This document shows positions 43,009 through 55,318 of a DNA stretch of 64,000 nucleotides, in pieces. A model generated the notes under the pieces. The model was not told where the DNA came from and searched no databases. It saw only the letters and a list, made by a program, of their open reading frames with translations. The stretch comes from Blastocladiella emersonii ATCC 22665 (Eukaryota; Fungi; Blastocladiomycota): contig JANHCV010000010.1 in NCBI GenBank assembly GCA_025594325.1, positions 744,001 to 808,000 on the forward strand, in the 5' to 3' direction. The translations under genes and the position numbers were made by a program. Every line of letters starts with the position of its first letter. Within the stretch, counting starts at the first letter, position 1.

Positions 43009-43827
43009 CTGCTAAGACGCTCCCCTGCCCTGACCCCCGTACCCTGACCTCTTGTCTTTGAAAGTTCCACTTTCATGGCAAAAAAGGGTAGTGTATATAT
43101 ATACTCTGTCGTAATATGCCATGAAAGTGGAACTTTACAGTGAGTGGCTTCATAGCAGCTGCTTGCGGCAGGTGGTCAGGGACTGGCTCGGGGGCTGCTC
43201 ACAGATCGACTTGCAGCTGTGCTCAGGGACCAGACCAGGGAACTCTGTCAGTGGGTAGCCGCAGCTGCGCTGCTCTTCGTCTCGCTGCGCTCGCCGGCCG
43301 CCGCCGACCGCTCGGGGTAAGCAATGGTCAGCCTGAGTGGTTGGTCAGGGACAGGCTCAGGGATCTGCTCTCGGACTTGTCTTGCAGATCAACTCGCAGA
43401 TCGACTCGCAGCCGTGCTCAGGGACCAGACCAGGGAACTCTGTCAGTGGGTAGCCGCAGCTGCGCTGCTCTTCGTCTCGCTGCGCTCGCCGGCCGCCGCC
43501 GACCGCTCGGGGTAAGCAATGGTCAGCCCAAGGGGTTGGTTAGGGACGGGCTCGGGGGTCAGGTCAGGGACTCACTCCTGGACCGCTCGCCCCCTCCCTT
43601 CCACCCACCCTCCCGCCCACCTGCTTCGGCCTTCGGCCTCCGTCCGCGTGTCGTGTTCCCTAAGGGAACACGACATTTGAATCCAACATTTTATTAACCA
43701 CCCGGGGTAAGCAACGGGGTCTCACGTGGTTACCCCGAGTGACTGTCGCCGACCGCTCGGGGTAAGCAATTGGTCAGCCCAAGTGGCAGTGGGTCAGCCC
43801 ATGTCGTATCCCTTAAGGGATACGACA
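43009..43827 (-). repeat. Right terminal inverted repeat
   Basis: Reverse complement of 27246-28065. Confidence 0.95.
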
Positions 43828-44552
43828 GGCGTGCTCAGCGCGACGATCAGTGCGATGGCGTGCTCGGGCAGGGATGATAGTAGCAGCGGTGGTTCATTCA
43901 TTGTTTTCATGTGCAAGGGTTGGCAAGGGGAGAGAGGGCCGGCTGTGGCGAAGCAGTGCGGTCAAGGCAAGGCACCCAAATCGCGTCACCCCCGCCACAT
44001 CACGTCCTCGTGATGGGCGCGCTGATGCTTCCAAAGTCCACATTCTCTGCTGCAAGGTTCTATTGCGTTATCGAAAAGTCGTCGAGTGACGCCCTGTTGC
44101 CGCCCCAGTGGACGAAGACGGGGCTCTCGCGGCGCAGGTGGGCCTTGGCTGCCTGATACTGCACCGCCGCGAGCTTGGCGTCGGAGTATCGCGACCTACA
44201 CCGCGACGGGATCAGCGAGATCCCGTCGACATGGTCCCTCATCGGATGAACAACGCACCACGTCGATGTGTCGTGCCTAGCCTTGGCCGCTACCTCGAGC
44301 CAGCGCGCAAACCACACGGGCATGCTCAGCTCGCTCCGCGTCTTGGCCGCAAACGTGCCGTCCTTGCCGGGAGCGGCGCCCTGCTTGCGCCCGTTGACCG
44401 TGTTCTCGGCACCCTTGTCGCTCCCCAACCACCATGCGACGGCTAAACGACCACGAGGTGAGTCCACGATGCGAGGAAGCCGCGAAGATGCTCGCACAGT
44501 GTGGAGCTGACACGACAGGAACCGACTCGGTCGACTGCAACCATTGCTGCGA
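43828..44552 (-). repeat. Arm 2 of the inverted duplication, part right of the virus
   Basis: Reverse complement of 1-725, with 4 substitutions noticed in 43890-44010. Confidence 0.95.
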
Positions 44553-46614
44553 GTACGCGAACGCAACGCGCGTCGACACGATGGCGGGCACCTGGACGAT
44601 GTGATCAGCGACGCGGTGAACGAGCGCGCGCTCGAGGGCCGTCGGGTTGAACAGGTCGCCAACGACGACGGACGCGAGCACGATCGGGTCGGGGATCAGA
44701 ATGCTCAGCAGCGCGCCCTGCAGCCCGACGCACTGCCACTGCGCGAGCTTGTCACTGCAGCTGTGCGAGCACGTCGGGACCGCGTCGTTACGGCCGGGTT
44801 TGGTACGCAGCACGCCGACCATGTCAAAGCCGTTGCGTCCGCGCACGAGGCCGGCGCTGCCGCCTTCGGCCGCAGCGGCGTGGATCAGCGCGCGCTTGTG
44901 CTCGGTGCGGTTCGCTTCGCTGACAGCATCGACTGAGCCTTGCTCGCGGACGTGGTCGGCGAGCGACTCGAGGCTCCCGTCACCGCCTACATAGTAGTCT
45001 TGGGGTCAGTGGCTGACGCGCAGCATCGTCGTGAAAGCCACAAACAGGGTGCCTGCGAGATGTACATGTGCAGCCGCACGTCGGAGCGGATGCGAAACCG
45101 CTTCGGCTCGTCAGCCTGCTCGCTTGAGACGGGCTCGAGGATCTGGCACCACTTCGCTGGTTTCCCGCTGGCCAACAGGTCGACCTGCTCAAGCAAGAAG
45201 CTAGCCACAAGCGAGTCGTCAGTTCGAGCCATGGAGACTGTGCGGGCGATTGACAACGTACCGCCGGAATGCGCGGCGGCAGAGCACCTCGGCGTGGCTG
45301 TCGTTGACCGTCTCGCACGACGCCGAGTCGCGGTTGAGGCACTTGAGTCCCGTCCCGATCGCGACGCAAGTCAACGGCTGCCCTAAGTGTGCTTTAAGTT
45401 CAGCGAGAGACTCATGAAGACCATGCGACCCTGCAGCGGACCGGCGACCTCGGCGACGATGCCAGCGACGCACGTCCAATCCCGCCGCTTGCTCCCGGGC
45501 GGGTGAGCTGGCCGGTACCCGATCCGGTCAAACCGGTCGAGCACCGTCTGTGCGATCGCGTCGCCGTCCATTGCAGCAAGTAGTGTCGGATTTAGTTCAT
45601 TGGCTTGCATAGCAGTGGTAGCGGCGGAGAGGGAGGGTCTGAGCAACGGCGGTCTATTCAGAGGTCTTCATCGGCAGCAAACTCCTGCTCTCGCCGCTTG
45701 TCGATGCGGTCTTGCTTCTTGGAGTGGATCTCGGCGCCGAGCACCTGGAACTGTGCCGCGACTACAGCAAGGCGGCAATGGTCCTCGTTGCACACAAGGG
45801 CGAGCGGTGACCTCCTGTTACGGAGCTCCGTTACGCACATATCAGATCTGTGTTGCTCGCTTTCGTACGGCTATGCAGATGAGTTGAGCGGTCTTCTTTG
45901 CGCATCGCAAGCGTCTGGCGACAGCATAGAGCTCGAGGGTCAGGTGAGTGGCGCAGCGCGTCCCTCATTTCAAGCCACGACGCGCGTCCCCGTTCCCCAA
46001 GCAAGTTCGCGGGGGCTCCCCACTTCGGACGTCCTCTCGGTGCAAAGGATCCGGAACTGACGTCAATGTGGACCGAGTTCCTTCGTTGGCTTCCCAACGC
46101 GATCGGTTCTTGTTCCGGGCGCCGTCGAAAAGGTCGCAAGCCGGTGTGGCACCCTCGGACGCATGCACGTAAAGCGCCTGAAAACAACTTTGCTCGGATG
46201 TGTTGGGTCTGTTGCTGGCACCTGGTGACCATCGTCACGCGTGCGAGCGCCGAGAGACGCGCGCGCATCTTTGCATGAGAGCGCAGCCGTGTCAATCTCA
46301 TGTGATGAGCTCGTTCTCGTGATGGTCCCTCTCATTGAAGTTGGGAGCTTGAACAGGCTCGTTGCGAAAGATTTCGCGGGAGGGTTGGGCCGCCGACGCT
46401 CAAGGAACCCGTTCTCGGCCGTTGCAGGAGCTGGCCATGCAAGTTGGAGCGCCTCATCGGCGTGCGAGGGCGAGTTTCTCGCGCTGGCGAAGCTCGCCAG
46501 CTGTTGATGACGGTGGGGATGAGCGAGGCCTATAAAGCCAAGGCGCTCCCGTGTTAAATGCTCGAGACACTAGCAAAGGCCACACTCAGCCCTTCTCCAA
46601 GTCCTCGTAACAAT

Positions 46615-46915
46615 ATGCGCGCCACCAAGATCATCTTCGCGTTCGCTGCCGTCCTCGCCCTTTCGGTGTCCACGGTCGCCGCTGCTCCTGCCGGTGAGGT
46701 CGGGACGGACGCTGCCGTCCGTACGTTGCTCCTGCGCGACCATGTTCATGCCTCAACGAAAGGCTAAAGAGATCCCACGTCTTCGTGTTATAGGCCCCAT
46801 ATGGTGCTATCCTTCGTGCGCCCGCCGCTGCCAAGCCACCTGCGGCTCGGATCGCAACTGTCTGGTCGATTGCTATGACGACTGTGAGCACATGTGCCCC
46901 CCTCACCGCGCCTAA
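46615..46915 (+). CDS. Secreted Cys-rich peptide 1 (2 exons; intron 46721-46793)
   Basis: Spliced: MRATKIIFAFAAVLALSVSTVAAAPAGEVGTDAAVRPIWCYPSCARRCQATCGSDRNCLVDCYDDCEHMCPPHRA; upstream CTATAAAG. Confidence 0.85.
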
Positions 46916-47829
46916 GGAGTCCACGATGCCCTGAAGCGCTGAAGCTAGCGGCGCGAGCGAGAGATCAAGCGCAACCGAGCAAGATGGGTTTTGAAAAGAG
47001 GATAGTTGTTCCGGAGAGCAGAAAACATATAGGCGTTGATCTCTATACTTGACTTGAGGTGAGCGAGCGTGAGGCGGGGCTCGGTGTCCTTGGTCATGCG
47101 CGTGACGCAGCGTCAGGCATCTAGACGATCGGCACCATGTGCTGCGACATTTAGCTGCGTCGAAAGGAGCTGTATCAGCGCAACAGCGCGAGGTGCTGAC
47201 TGACATTTTCTTGACCACCGGTTACGCGACGACGGAGAGGCGAAAGTCGCCGATCACTCGGTCATGTGGGTGGCGCAGCACGTCGTCGTTGGTCGCTCAT
47301 CGCGCGTTGCGTGTCGTCGAAGTGGGTCGAGTTCCACAACTAGCCTCTGGTACCGAGAAATATGCTCCTCAATTTTAAGGCTTTTCGAAGACATGGGCGA
47401 GGGACGCGAAATTCGCGTGCAAGGTCGGGCAGCGGTCCACATCAAGCACTTAACGCCGACCCGTGTCGTCTGGTCGCGAGTTCACCACGCACGAACGTGC
47501 GCGTTCAGGGCTCCCATCATGGTCTTTCGTGGGACCATACGGCTTACGTACGCGCGCCGCCCAAGGATTTCGCGGTTCGATGAGCCGTCCGCTCCGTATA
47601 TGGCACTCGTGCTCCGCGCCCACGTCCTCGAAATGGAGCGCGAACGCGAGTTGGATCGCCTCCTCCACGCGACCGTGAGCAACTGTTGTTCGCTCAGCTG
47701 CAGGTCGCGCGACCTCGCGCGCATCAGTGTCAGGAAGGAGGGGACGAGCGAATACTATAAAGCCGAGCGCCCTCCCGCCGCTCACTCTTGCTCTCCAGCT
47801 CACAACTCTCCGCAAGACCTTCCAACAAG

Positions 47830-48136
47830 ATGCGCGCCGCCAAGCTTCTGCTCGCCTTCGCCGCCGTCCTCGGCCTGACCGCGACCTCGGTCGCTGCTGC
47901 CCCCGCCAGCGAGGTTGCCGCCAAGACCGTTGTTCGTACGTTGATCTCACGACTCCCGCGCCGTTCGTGAACAATCACTCACCACTCGCGCCTCCCTCTC
48001 TCCTTCAGGCCCGCAGTCGTGCTGGATCCAGTGCGCCAACAACTGCGACGACCGGTGCGGGTCGGACCGCGGCTGCCTCAGCGACTGCTACGACATCTGC
48101 GACACGGTTTGCCGCGACCCGCCGATCCAGTGGTAA
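47830..48136 (+). CDS. Secreted Cys-rich peptide 2 (2 exons; intron 47936-48008)
   Basis: Spliced: MRAAKLLLAFAAVLGLTATSVAAAPASEVAAKTVVRPQSCWIQCANNCDDRCGSDRGCLSDCYDICDTVCRDPPIQW; same intron position, phase and length as peptide 1. Confidence 0.85.
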
Positions 48137-49481
48137 GAAAGAGATCGCGGTGACGGCGGTCGGGATCCGTCCATCCGAGTTTTGACGACGTAGACGATGT
48201 GGTTGTGGGCCGAGATTGAGTGAATACACGCTCCCGAGCTTTTGTACACGTTTCACGGTGTGATGTATGAGTGGGACGCCAGATCGTCAAGGTAGTCATG
48301 GCAGGGAACGAGAAGGAGCTGCGGGAGCTCACGAGCGAGGTCCAACACGCGTCCTTCCTGAGCCAGCCCATGTGCAAAACAAGGTTTTGTATCAGCACAA
48401 ACACGCGAGGCGCTCACGGACATTGTCTCAGCCACCGTGGCCCACCCGTCTCGCGGCCCGTCGCTCCCTGACCTGGTGCGGCGACGCGGGAAACGCGAAT
48501 CCCGCGCCATGAAGCGAGCAACGAACGCGAACGGCGCTCGATCACACGAGATTAGGGAGCGGCGGGCGGCATCGCAGGGGGGTACTGGTCGTTGGCCAAG
48601 GAAAGGTTGAGCGCCAGACGAATGAGAAGAGTGTGCACCGGCTACGTAGTGCTGGAAGAGGCCTGTATGAGGAAACCGTTTGCGTTTGAGGTGCAAGAGA
48701 GGCCATGGACCAGGTTGTAGGAACCTGGTGTTCGTCAAGCGCGAACAGCTGCGATTCGGAGGCGGGAACGTGTAACCGCACATGGCGTCAAGCCGGGAGC
48801 AGTAAGGCGTCGAGAACTTATTGACGACAGCTTCGCTCCAGCGCCTACGCTCAGCAAAGCGAAAGCGTAAATCAACCGCGTGTGGCATGGAACGCCTTGC
48901 GTTGGACGTACCGAAACGGTGTAAAGGCCGCTTGCGCATGTTGGGCCCCCGCACGTTCTTGACTTTCTGATCCAAGTCGGCATGTCAATGAGTCTGTTGC
49001 GCAGGATGCCGTTAGCCATCTGAGACCTTGCGACGTGCTGCCAGGCGATTGTAAACACGTACACGCATACACCGGTTTAGCTTGAGTGAGACACAAGCCG
49101 AGGGGCTCATGGTATCGCTGCTCAGCTCCTCGGACCAGGTTCACATACGGCGAGGGTCCACAATCTGAGACGGTAAATGGTAGCGCAAGGCAATCCGCTC
49201 GCGTCCAGTCACTCGAGACCCCGCCGCCCAGCCGGGCATTCATATTGCAAGCAGTCTAGCAGTTCATTCGATGCCATCTCCGGCGTTGTCGTGTGCGATG
49301 GGAGAGAGACGCGATGCCGCACGGGCGCACGCGTCGATCAAGTCGAGCGCCACGTGTTGCGCGCCTCGGCGCCTCGCCGCGCCCACACGCGCCCACCGCA
49401 CCACCGCCTTCGCCGCGCCGCGGTCCCTTTCTCCCCCTCCCTCTCTCCCCTCCACGGACACGCAAGCCTCCAGCCCCTGCA

Positions 49482-50707
49482 ATGCCATCAACCTCCGACT
49501 ACCTGCTCGCCGTCGGCAGCCTTGCCGTGGTCGCGGCACTGCTGGCCGTGGGCCTGCGGTGCCTGGCGACGGGCGCCGCGGCCTCGCTGATCCCGGCACG
49601 CATCCGCGTCCCGGGCATGCCGGAGCCTTCCGCTGCGGGACCAAGCAAGGCGAGTCTCGCGTACGGCGGAGCCGTCAACAGTCCACCACCACCAGCGGGG
49701 CGCACGCTGGGCGGGTCGCCATCCCGCGCCGTCGCGCCCGCCGTTGCCGAGTTCGACGCCGCGACCGAGTACCTGACGTCCGCGCGGCCCGCGCGCTCTG
49801 TATCCGACTCGGTTCTCCCGTCGCGCCCGATCCCGCACCTCCCCGAGACCGAACCCGTACACGCGTGGCTGCGCGCGCCGAGCCTCGAGCGCGACGCCGT
49901 GGCTGAGGTCGACCTGACGGTCGTCGTGCCGGCGTTCAACGAGGAGGCGCGGTTGCCCGAGATGCTGGACGAGGCCTTCACCTACCTCTCCACCTCCTCC
50001 CCACAAAAAACGTACGAGATCCTGGTCGTCGACGACGGGAGCCGCGACGCGACCGTCGCGACGGCGCTGGCGTGGTCGCGGCGGGTGCATGCGCCGCTGG
50101 CCGTCGTGCGGCACCCGCGGAACGCGGGTAAGGGCGCCGCGGTGCGGTCGGGGATGCTGCGCGCGCGCGGGTCGCGGGTTCTGTTTGCGGACGCGGACGG
50201 CGCGACGCGGTTCGCGGATCTCGCGAAGCTCGAGGCCGCGCTCCCGCTCGGCGCGACCGAGGCGGTCGTGGTCGGGAGTCGTGCGCATCTTGTCACGTCT
50301 GAGGCCGTCGTCAAGGTGTGTTTCCTGTCTCACTCACATGCATCGCAAACTGACCCGTCCACCGAATCTAGCGGTCCAAGCTACGCAACCTGCTCATGTA
50401 CGGCTTCCACTGGGTCCTGTGGCTGCTGGCCGGCCCACTGCGCGCCATCGGCGACACGCAGTGCGGGTTCAAGCTGCTGACGCGATCCGCGGCGCGCCGC
50501 GTGGTGCCCGGGCTGCACGTGCGCGGGTGGATCTTTGACATTGAGCTACTCCTGCGCGCGCGGTGGGCGGGGATGCCGATCGCCGAAGTCGCCGTGTCGT
50601 GGCACGAGGTCAGCGGGTCCAAAGTCAACCTCGTCCAGGACAGCGTCCGCATGCTCCGCGACCTCGTCTGGCTGCGCATTATGTACGCGTGCGGCGTGTG
50701 GGCGTAG
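49482..50707 (+). CDS. ALG5: Dolichyl-phosphate beta-glucosyltransferase (intron 50316-50371)
   Basis: LTVVVPAFNEEARL, EILVVDDGSRD, GKGAAV, LFADADGAT, VVKRSKLRNLLMYGFH, DTQCGFKL, WIFDIELL. Confidence 0.95.
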
Positions 50708-50786
50708 GGCGGTAGTATAGATACATTATTCTGCGCAACACGAGCGAGCGAGAGGGGGTACAAAATTGGTGGGGTGTTTGGCGGGG

Positions 50787-51899
50787 TTAGGTCGCGGCGA
50801 CGGGCAACTCCGACGACGAGCTCGTGCGCGAGAACGGGTACACGGTGCGCAGCGCCTCGGTCATGCCCTCGAGCGCGGGCTCAAACGGTTCCTCTTCTTC
50901 GAGCTCCGCGACACTGCCAACGTCGGACCCGTGCTCGCTCGCCGACGCGTCGCTCGCGACCGAGGCCGTCTCGGACGCGTCGAGTTCCACCACAGCCGGC
51001 GCCGCAGCTGCTGTTGGTGGTGGTGGCGGAACCCCCGCGCCCGCGGCCACATTCAACGGGTTATTCGGCGGCCCCTCCGCGCGCGGCGGCCGCGTCGCGA
51101 ACCAGAGCGACCCAGCAGCGTCCATCGCCCGCCCCGCCGTCATCTCCTTGGCCTTGAGCAGCTGCTCCGCGAGGTCCTCGGGCGCGCCGTACCAGACGAG
51201 CCAGCGGACCGTCTCAACGAGCACGTCCAAATCCGGCGGCGGTCCCGTCGGCGGGTCGGCGTGGCCCTCAGCCGCGAGGTCGGTCTGGCTTTGGTAGTTG
51301 TTGAGCCGCTGGAAGCACATCCCCAGACTGCGGCGGTCGGGGACCGCGCCGTGCTGGAGGAGCAGCTTGACGACGGGCAGGTGCAGGCGGTACGCGGCGT
51401 ACCGGAGCGCGTAGCCGTGGTTCGCGTTCGGGTTGGCGCCGTGGTGGAGCGCAAGCTGCGCGACCGCCAAATTCCCGTTCAGGGCGCCGACGCCCAGCGC
51501 GCGGTCGCGCGCGGCCTGCGGGACGAGCGGGCCGTCGAGCAGCGCGTGCAGGATGCGCAGGTACGCGTGGTCGGCGGCCCACTTGACGACGTAATAGTCG
51601 TCACCGCCAATGAACGCGCCGCCGGCGAGGATGGCGGGCAGCACGCGGTCGTCGAGGATGGCGCCGCCGTGCAGCGACTCGATGGCGGCGCGCGACAGGA
51701 CCCAGGTGCGGCCCCAGTGGGTCAGAAACCACAGCGCGCGTAGCGTCGTCGACTTGGACAAGAGGTACACCTCGCGGTTCACCAGGCTCATGGCCTGCGG
51801 GTGCGGCAGGTAGCTGAAGATGCGCTCGAGCGCCGGGATGGGCAGCCGCGCAAAGGCGCACGAGGGCGCGGGCGCGGGGGCCGCTTCCGCAGAGTCCAT
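50787..51899 (-). CDS. Ankyrin-repeat protein with F-box-like N-terminus
   Basis: LPIPALERIFSYL; GNLAVAQLALHHGANPNA...ALRYAA...VVKLLLQHGA. Confidence 0.8.
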   Translation of the reverse strand: MDSAEAAPAPAPSCAFARLPIPALERIFSYLPHPQAMSLVNREVYLLSKSTTLRALWFLTHWGRTWVLSRAAIESLHGGAILDDRVLPAILAGGAFIGGDDYYVVKWAADHAYLRILHALLDGPLVPQAARDRALGVGALNGNLAVAQLALHHGANPNANHGYALRYAAYRLHLPVVKLLLQHGAVPDRRSLGMCFQRLNNYQSQTDLAAEGHADPPTGPPPDLDVLVETVRWLVWYGAPEDLAEQLLKAKEMTAGRAMDAAGSLWFATRPPRAEGPPNNPLNVAAGAGVPPPPPTAAAAPAVVELDASETASVASDASASEHGSDVGSVAELEEEEPFEPALEGMTEALRTVYPFSRTSSSSELPVAAT

Positions 51900-52154
51900 T
51901 TGCTTCGTTGTATGACGAGGTGTGCGGGGTTGCGGAAGAGAGAGAGAGAGCGCCGAAAGAGGAGCGGCTCGGCGCACGCCGCCCGAAATGAACGCGTCGA
52001 GCCGCATCGCGTGATGCACGCGTGTGTCCCGCTTTTCGGGTGGTGGCTTCGCCGCGCCACTCTCATCCTCTCTCCCCCCTCCCCTCCCCTCCCTCCGATC
52101 CTTCCCAAACCACCCCCAACGCAATGCACACCACCACCGCCCGCAAATGAAACC

Positions 52155-55100
52155 ATGATCCCCGTCACGCCCTCCACGCAGCGCACCTTCGACGTCGACG
52201 ACGCGTCGGGCGGCCTGCTGACGGGCCGCCACGTCGACTACGTGCTGGCCGCCGAGTTCGACATTGACCGCGGGTCCGCGCTGTCGCACGAGTACCCGGA
52301 GCCCACCGGCACCAAGCGCGAGGCCCTCGCCGAGCTCATGCTGCCCGACGGCGCCCACCTGCGCACGTCCGACTGGACCGTCTTCTTCCTCAACCAGCGC
52401 CAGGACGCGGCCGCCTCCCCGGCTTCGCCCGATAAACCCCTCCTGTTCGTCCTCAACCACGTGTGCACCAAGCACGACGCCTCGACGCGCCGCGGCGCAC
52501 GCATGATGGCCATGGCCGTTGCCTCGCGCCACCACTTTGTGCACGTCTTCAAGCCGGTCCTCGTCCTCGCCATGATGGAGTACCTCGACAACCCGGACCG
52601 CGCCATCCTCGCCAAGGTGTTTGCGGCGATCAACGACATGGATCTCGCCGCGATCCCGCGCCTCACGCGCGCCGAGCGCCTCATCATGCGCAACGCCGAC
52701 AACAACTCGAGCCTGCTGTTCGCGCGCCTGCTCGGCACCCCCGAGGACGTGCCGGCGGCGAGCGGTGGTGCGGCGGGTGCGGGCGCCGTGGCGGGCGGAC
52801 CGGGCGGCGCGGCGGCCGATTTCGGGAACGGGCCGCGGCGGCGGAGCTCGCTGTCGAACCTGGCCGCCGACGCGCGCGCCTCGACGGGTTCCGGCAGTGG
52901 TGCACTTGCTACGCCGGCTGCGGGCGCGGGCGCGCGGTCGAACAAGGACCCGTCGTACCACGAGACCCACGTCCTGTACGACGGGAAGCGGATCCTGGTG
53001 CGGATCCCGATGACCTTCATCACGACGACCGAGGAGGTCATGGACTTTTCGATGATCGCGCTGTTCAACAAGTTTGCGCACCACGCGCCGTTCCCGGCCC
53101 CGCACTACCCGTCGCTGCACGCGCACGGGGCCGCGACACCCGCGATCCTGCTGCTGCTCAACGCGATGCTCACGCACCAGCGCGTCCTGTTCGTCGCGCA
53201 CGGCATGCCCGCGGGCGAGGTCGCCAACTACGTGCTCGCGGCGTGCGCGCTCGCGTCCGGGTGCGGCGCCGTGTTCCGCGGGTTCACCGAGCGCGCGTTC
53301 CCGTACACGTGTCTCGCTAACGTCGACGAGCTGCTCGCGTGGTACGTTCGAGTCTTCGCTTCGCGACGACCAGGACTGACTCGTGGGGATGTAGCCCGGG
53401 GTACATCGCCGGCGTGACCAACCCGTTCTTCGAAGAAAAGACGCACTGGTGGGACGTGTGCTGCAATGTGGTCACGGGCAAGATCCGCGTCTCGCCCAAC
53501 ATCAAGATGGACGAGCCCGCGCGCTCCTCTTCCTCCTCGACCTCGTCCACGCCCAACCTCGCCGCGGCCTCGGTCCGCTCGTACCTGCCGTCCTTTTTCT
53601 CGTCGGACAGCAAGCGCAAGTCACAGTGGGCGGTGACCTCGGGCGGCACCCCGCTCGGCGCCTCGGGCATGTCGTCGGCCAGCACCCCCGCCATGGCGTC
53701 GCCGCTCGGCACCGCGCCGCCGCTCACGGCTACGGCTACGACGCCGCCGGCGCCCGCGCCCGTCACGATCCAGTCCGCCTCCGCCGCGACCTCGGCGTCC
53801 ACGTTCCCGTCGACGGAGAACACGTCGACCGCCGCCGCTTCCTCCTCCGACGAAAACCCGCAACTCGCCCGTGCCGTTTCGGCGCCGCACGATCTGGCGC
53901 CGCCGCCCGTCCTGCCGACGCTCCGCCACGTCGTCGGCAGCATCACGAGCGACCCGGCGCTCCGCACCACCTCGAGCCCAGCCGAGAGCAGCCCGACCGA
54001 GTCAGCCGAGGCCATCTCGCCCGAACTCAACCCGCCTCCGCGCAACTCGTCGCTGACCGGCCCTTCGACCCGGCCTGCGGCGTCGGAACTCGGCATCGCG
54101 ATCCCGCGCGCCGCGTCGCCCGCCGCGCACTCGGAGGTCGCGTCGGCGCTCCTCCGCGACCCCGCGACGCTCGCCGATTTCGACGCGGGCGTGCGGTGGA
54201 ACTCGGACGGGACGCTCGCGAGGCGCATGCGCGCGAAGAGTACGGGCGAGCACGGCGGCGGTGGGGCGCGGCCCGCGGTCCCGGTGCCGGTGCCGGCGCA
54301 GTCGTTGCAGCAGCGGCGGCGCAGCCTGTCGCGCGGCGCCGTCGAGCGCGCGGCGGCCGCGGCGGGCGGAGGTGGGAAGCCGGCGCTCGGGATCGACACC
54401 ACGGCGGCGCCACCGGTCCCCGCCGTCCCCGCCGCGGCGCCCGCGAGCGCAAGCGTAGCGACACCCGCGACATCGATCGCGCCACCCGTGACCCCCTCGG
54501 CCTCCCCCGCCTCGCCCGCAACCAGCTCGACGAAATGGGTCAAGGACAAGGACAACGCGGACTTCACGTTCGTCGACGACGTGCAGTCGGCGATCGCGGG
54601 CCACTTCTCGGAGCTGTACATCCGGTCGCGCGTGCAAGCGTACCTGCACCGGTGGGTCCGGCTCGCCGCCTTCTACGAGCGCGTGACGCACGGCCGCACC
54701 GCGCTGCAACCCCCGACCGCGCCCGGCACGGGCACGGGCCCCGTGTGGCCGTCCATGGACGCGCGCGCACGGGACCTCGCGGTGCACGCGCCGGTGATCG
54801 AGGCGTGGCGCGCGCGGTCGCCGAGCTACGGGACGTACGTGGCGGACCTGGCCGCGGCGACGGCCGTCGGCGGGGCCGGCGGCCGCCCGTGGGGCCTCGA
54901 CGTACCGCACCTGCTCGACCGGCTGACGGTGCAGACGGGGCTCGCGGGCGACGACGTCGAGGCCGTCTACGACGCGCTGCTCGCGTACGTCGCGAGCCCC
55001 GCCGAGGTCACGCAGCTGCTCGCGTACCTGCCGCTGTCGAGTGGCGGGCTGATGCCGCTCGCGGCGCCCGGCGTGTTCCACCCGAGCGTCACGGTGCGCG

Positions 55101-55318
55101 CCAAGGCGAGGCGGTTTGTGCACCGCCTCATGATGCACAGCGTCGGCGACGTGTACCTGCGCGCCCTGAATCCGTTTGTGCGCCAGCAGTTTTACCGCGG
55201 GATCCATGCGGGCGCGACGGGGTCGCCGGTCCAGGCGCGGAGTAACAGTGGGGCGGCGGCGAACTGGGAGACGGTGGCGAGGCCAAGCACGGCGGCGGGG
55301 CCGGGGTCGACGGTGTGA
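52155..55318 (+). CDS. Afi1/MesA-like polarity protein (intron 53342-53394)
   Basis: VLAAEFDIDRGSALSHEYP...LAELMLPDGAH...DWTVFFL; PGYIAGVTNPFFE...WWDVCC. Confidence 0.88.

Larger units (their letters stand above)
27246..43827. mobile_element. Endogenous Polinton-like dsDNA virus, 16,582 bp, complete
   Basis: TG...CA termini, ~820-bp TIRs, 5-bp TSD; capsid, penton, packaging ATPase, fibre, rve integrase, tyrosine recombinase and primase-helicase ORFs, apparently intronless. Confidence 0.95.

Noticed and set aside
27246-43827. Classification as a canonical Maverick/Polinton or an LTR retroelement
   Set aside because: No protein-primed PolB, protease or reverse transcriptase found; terminal repeats are inverted, not direct
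44553-46500. Fragmentary ORFs on the minus strand beyond the duplication
   Set aside because: Short, frame-broken and without recognisable motifs; may be a degraded gene but cannot be supported
48140-49290. Lower-GC stretch with short ORFs
   Set aside because: No coherent reading frame, repeat or motif found
50787-53201. 804-aa ORF call
   Set aside because: The first ~434 codons are antisense to the Afi1-like gene; the real gene starts at 51899
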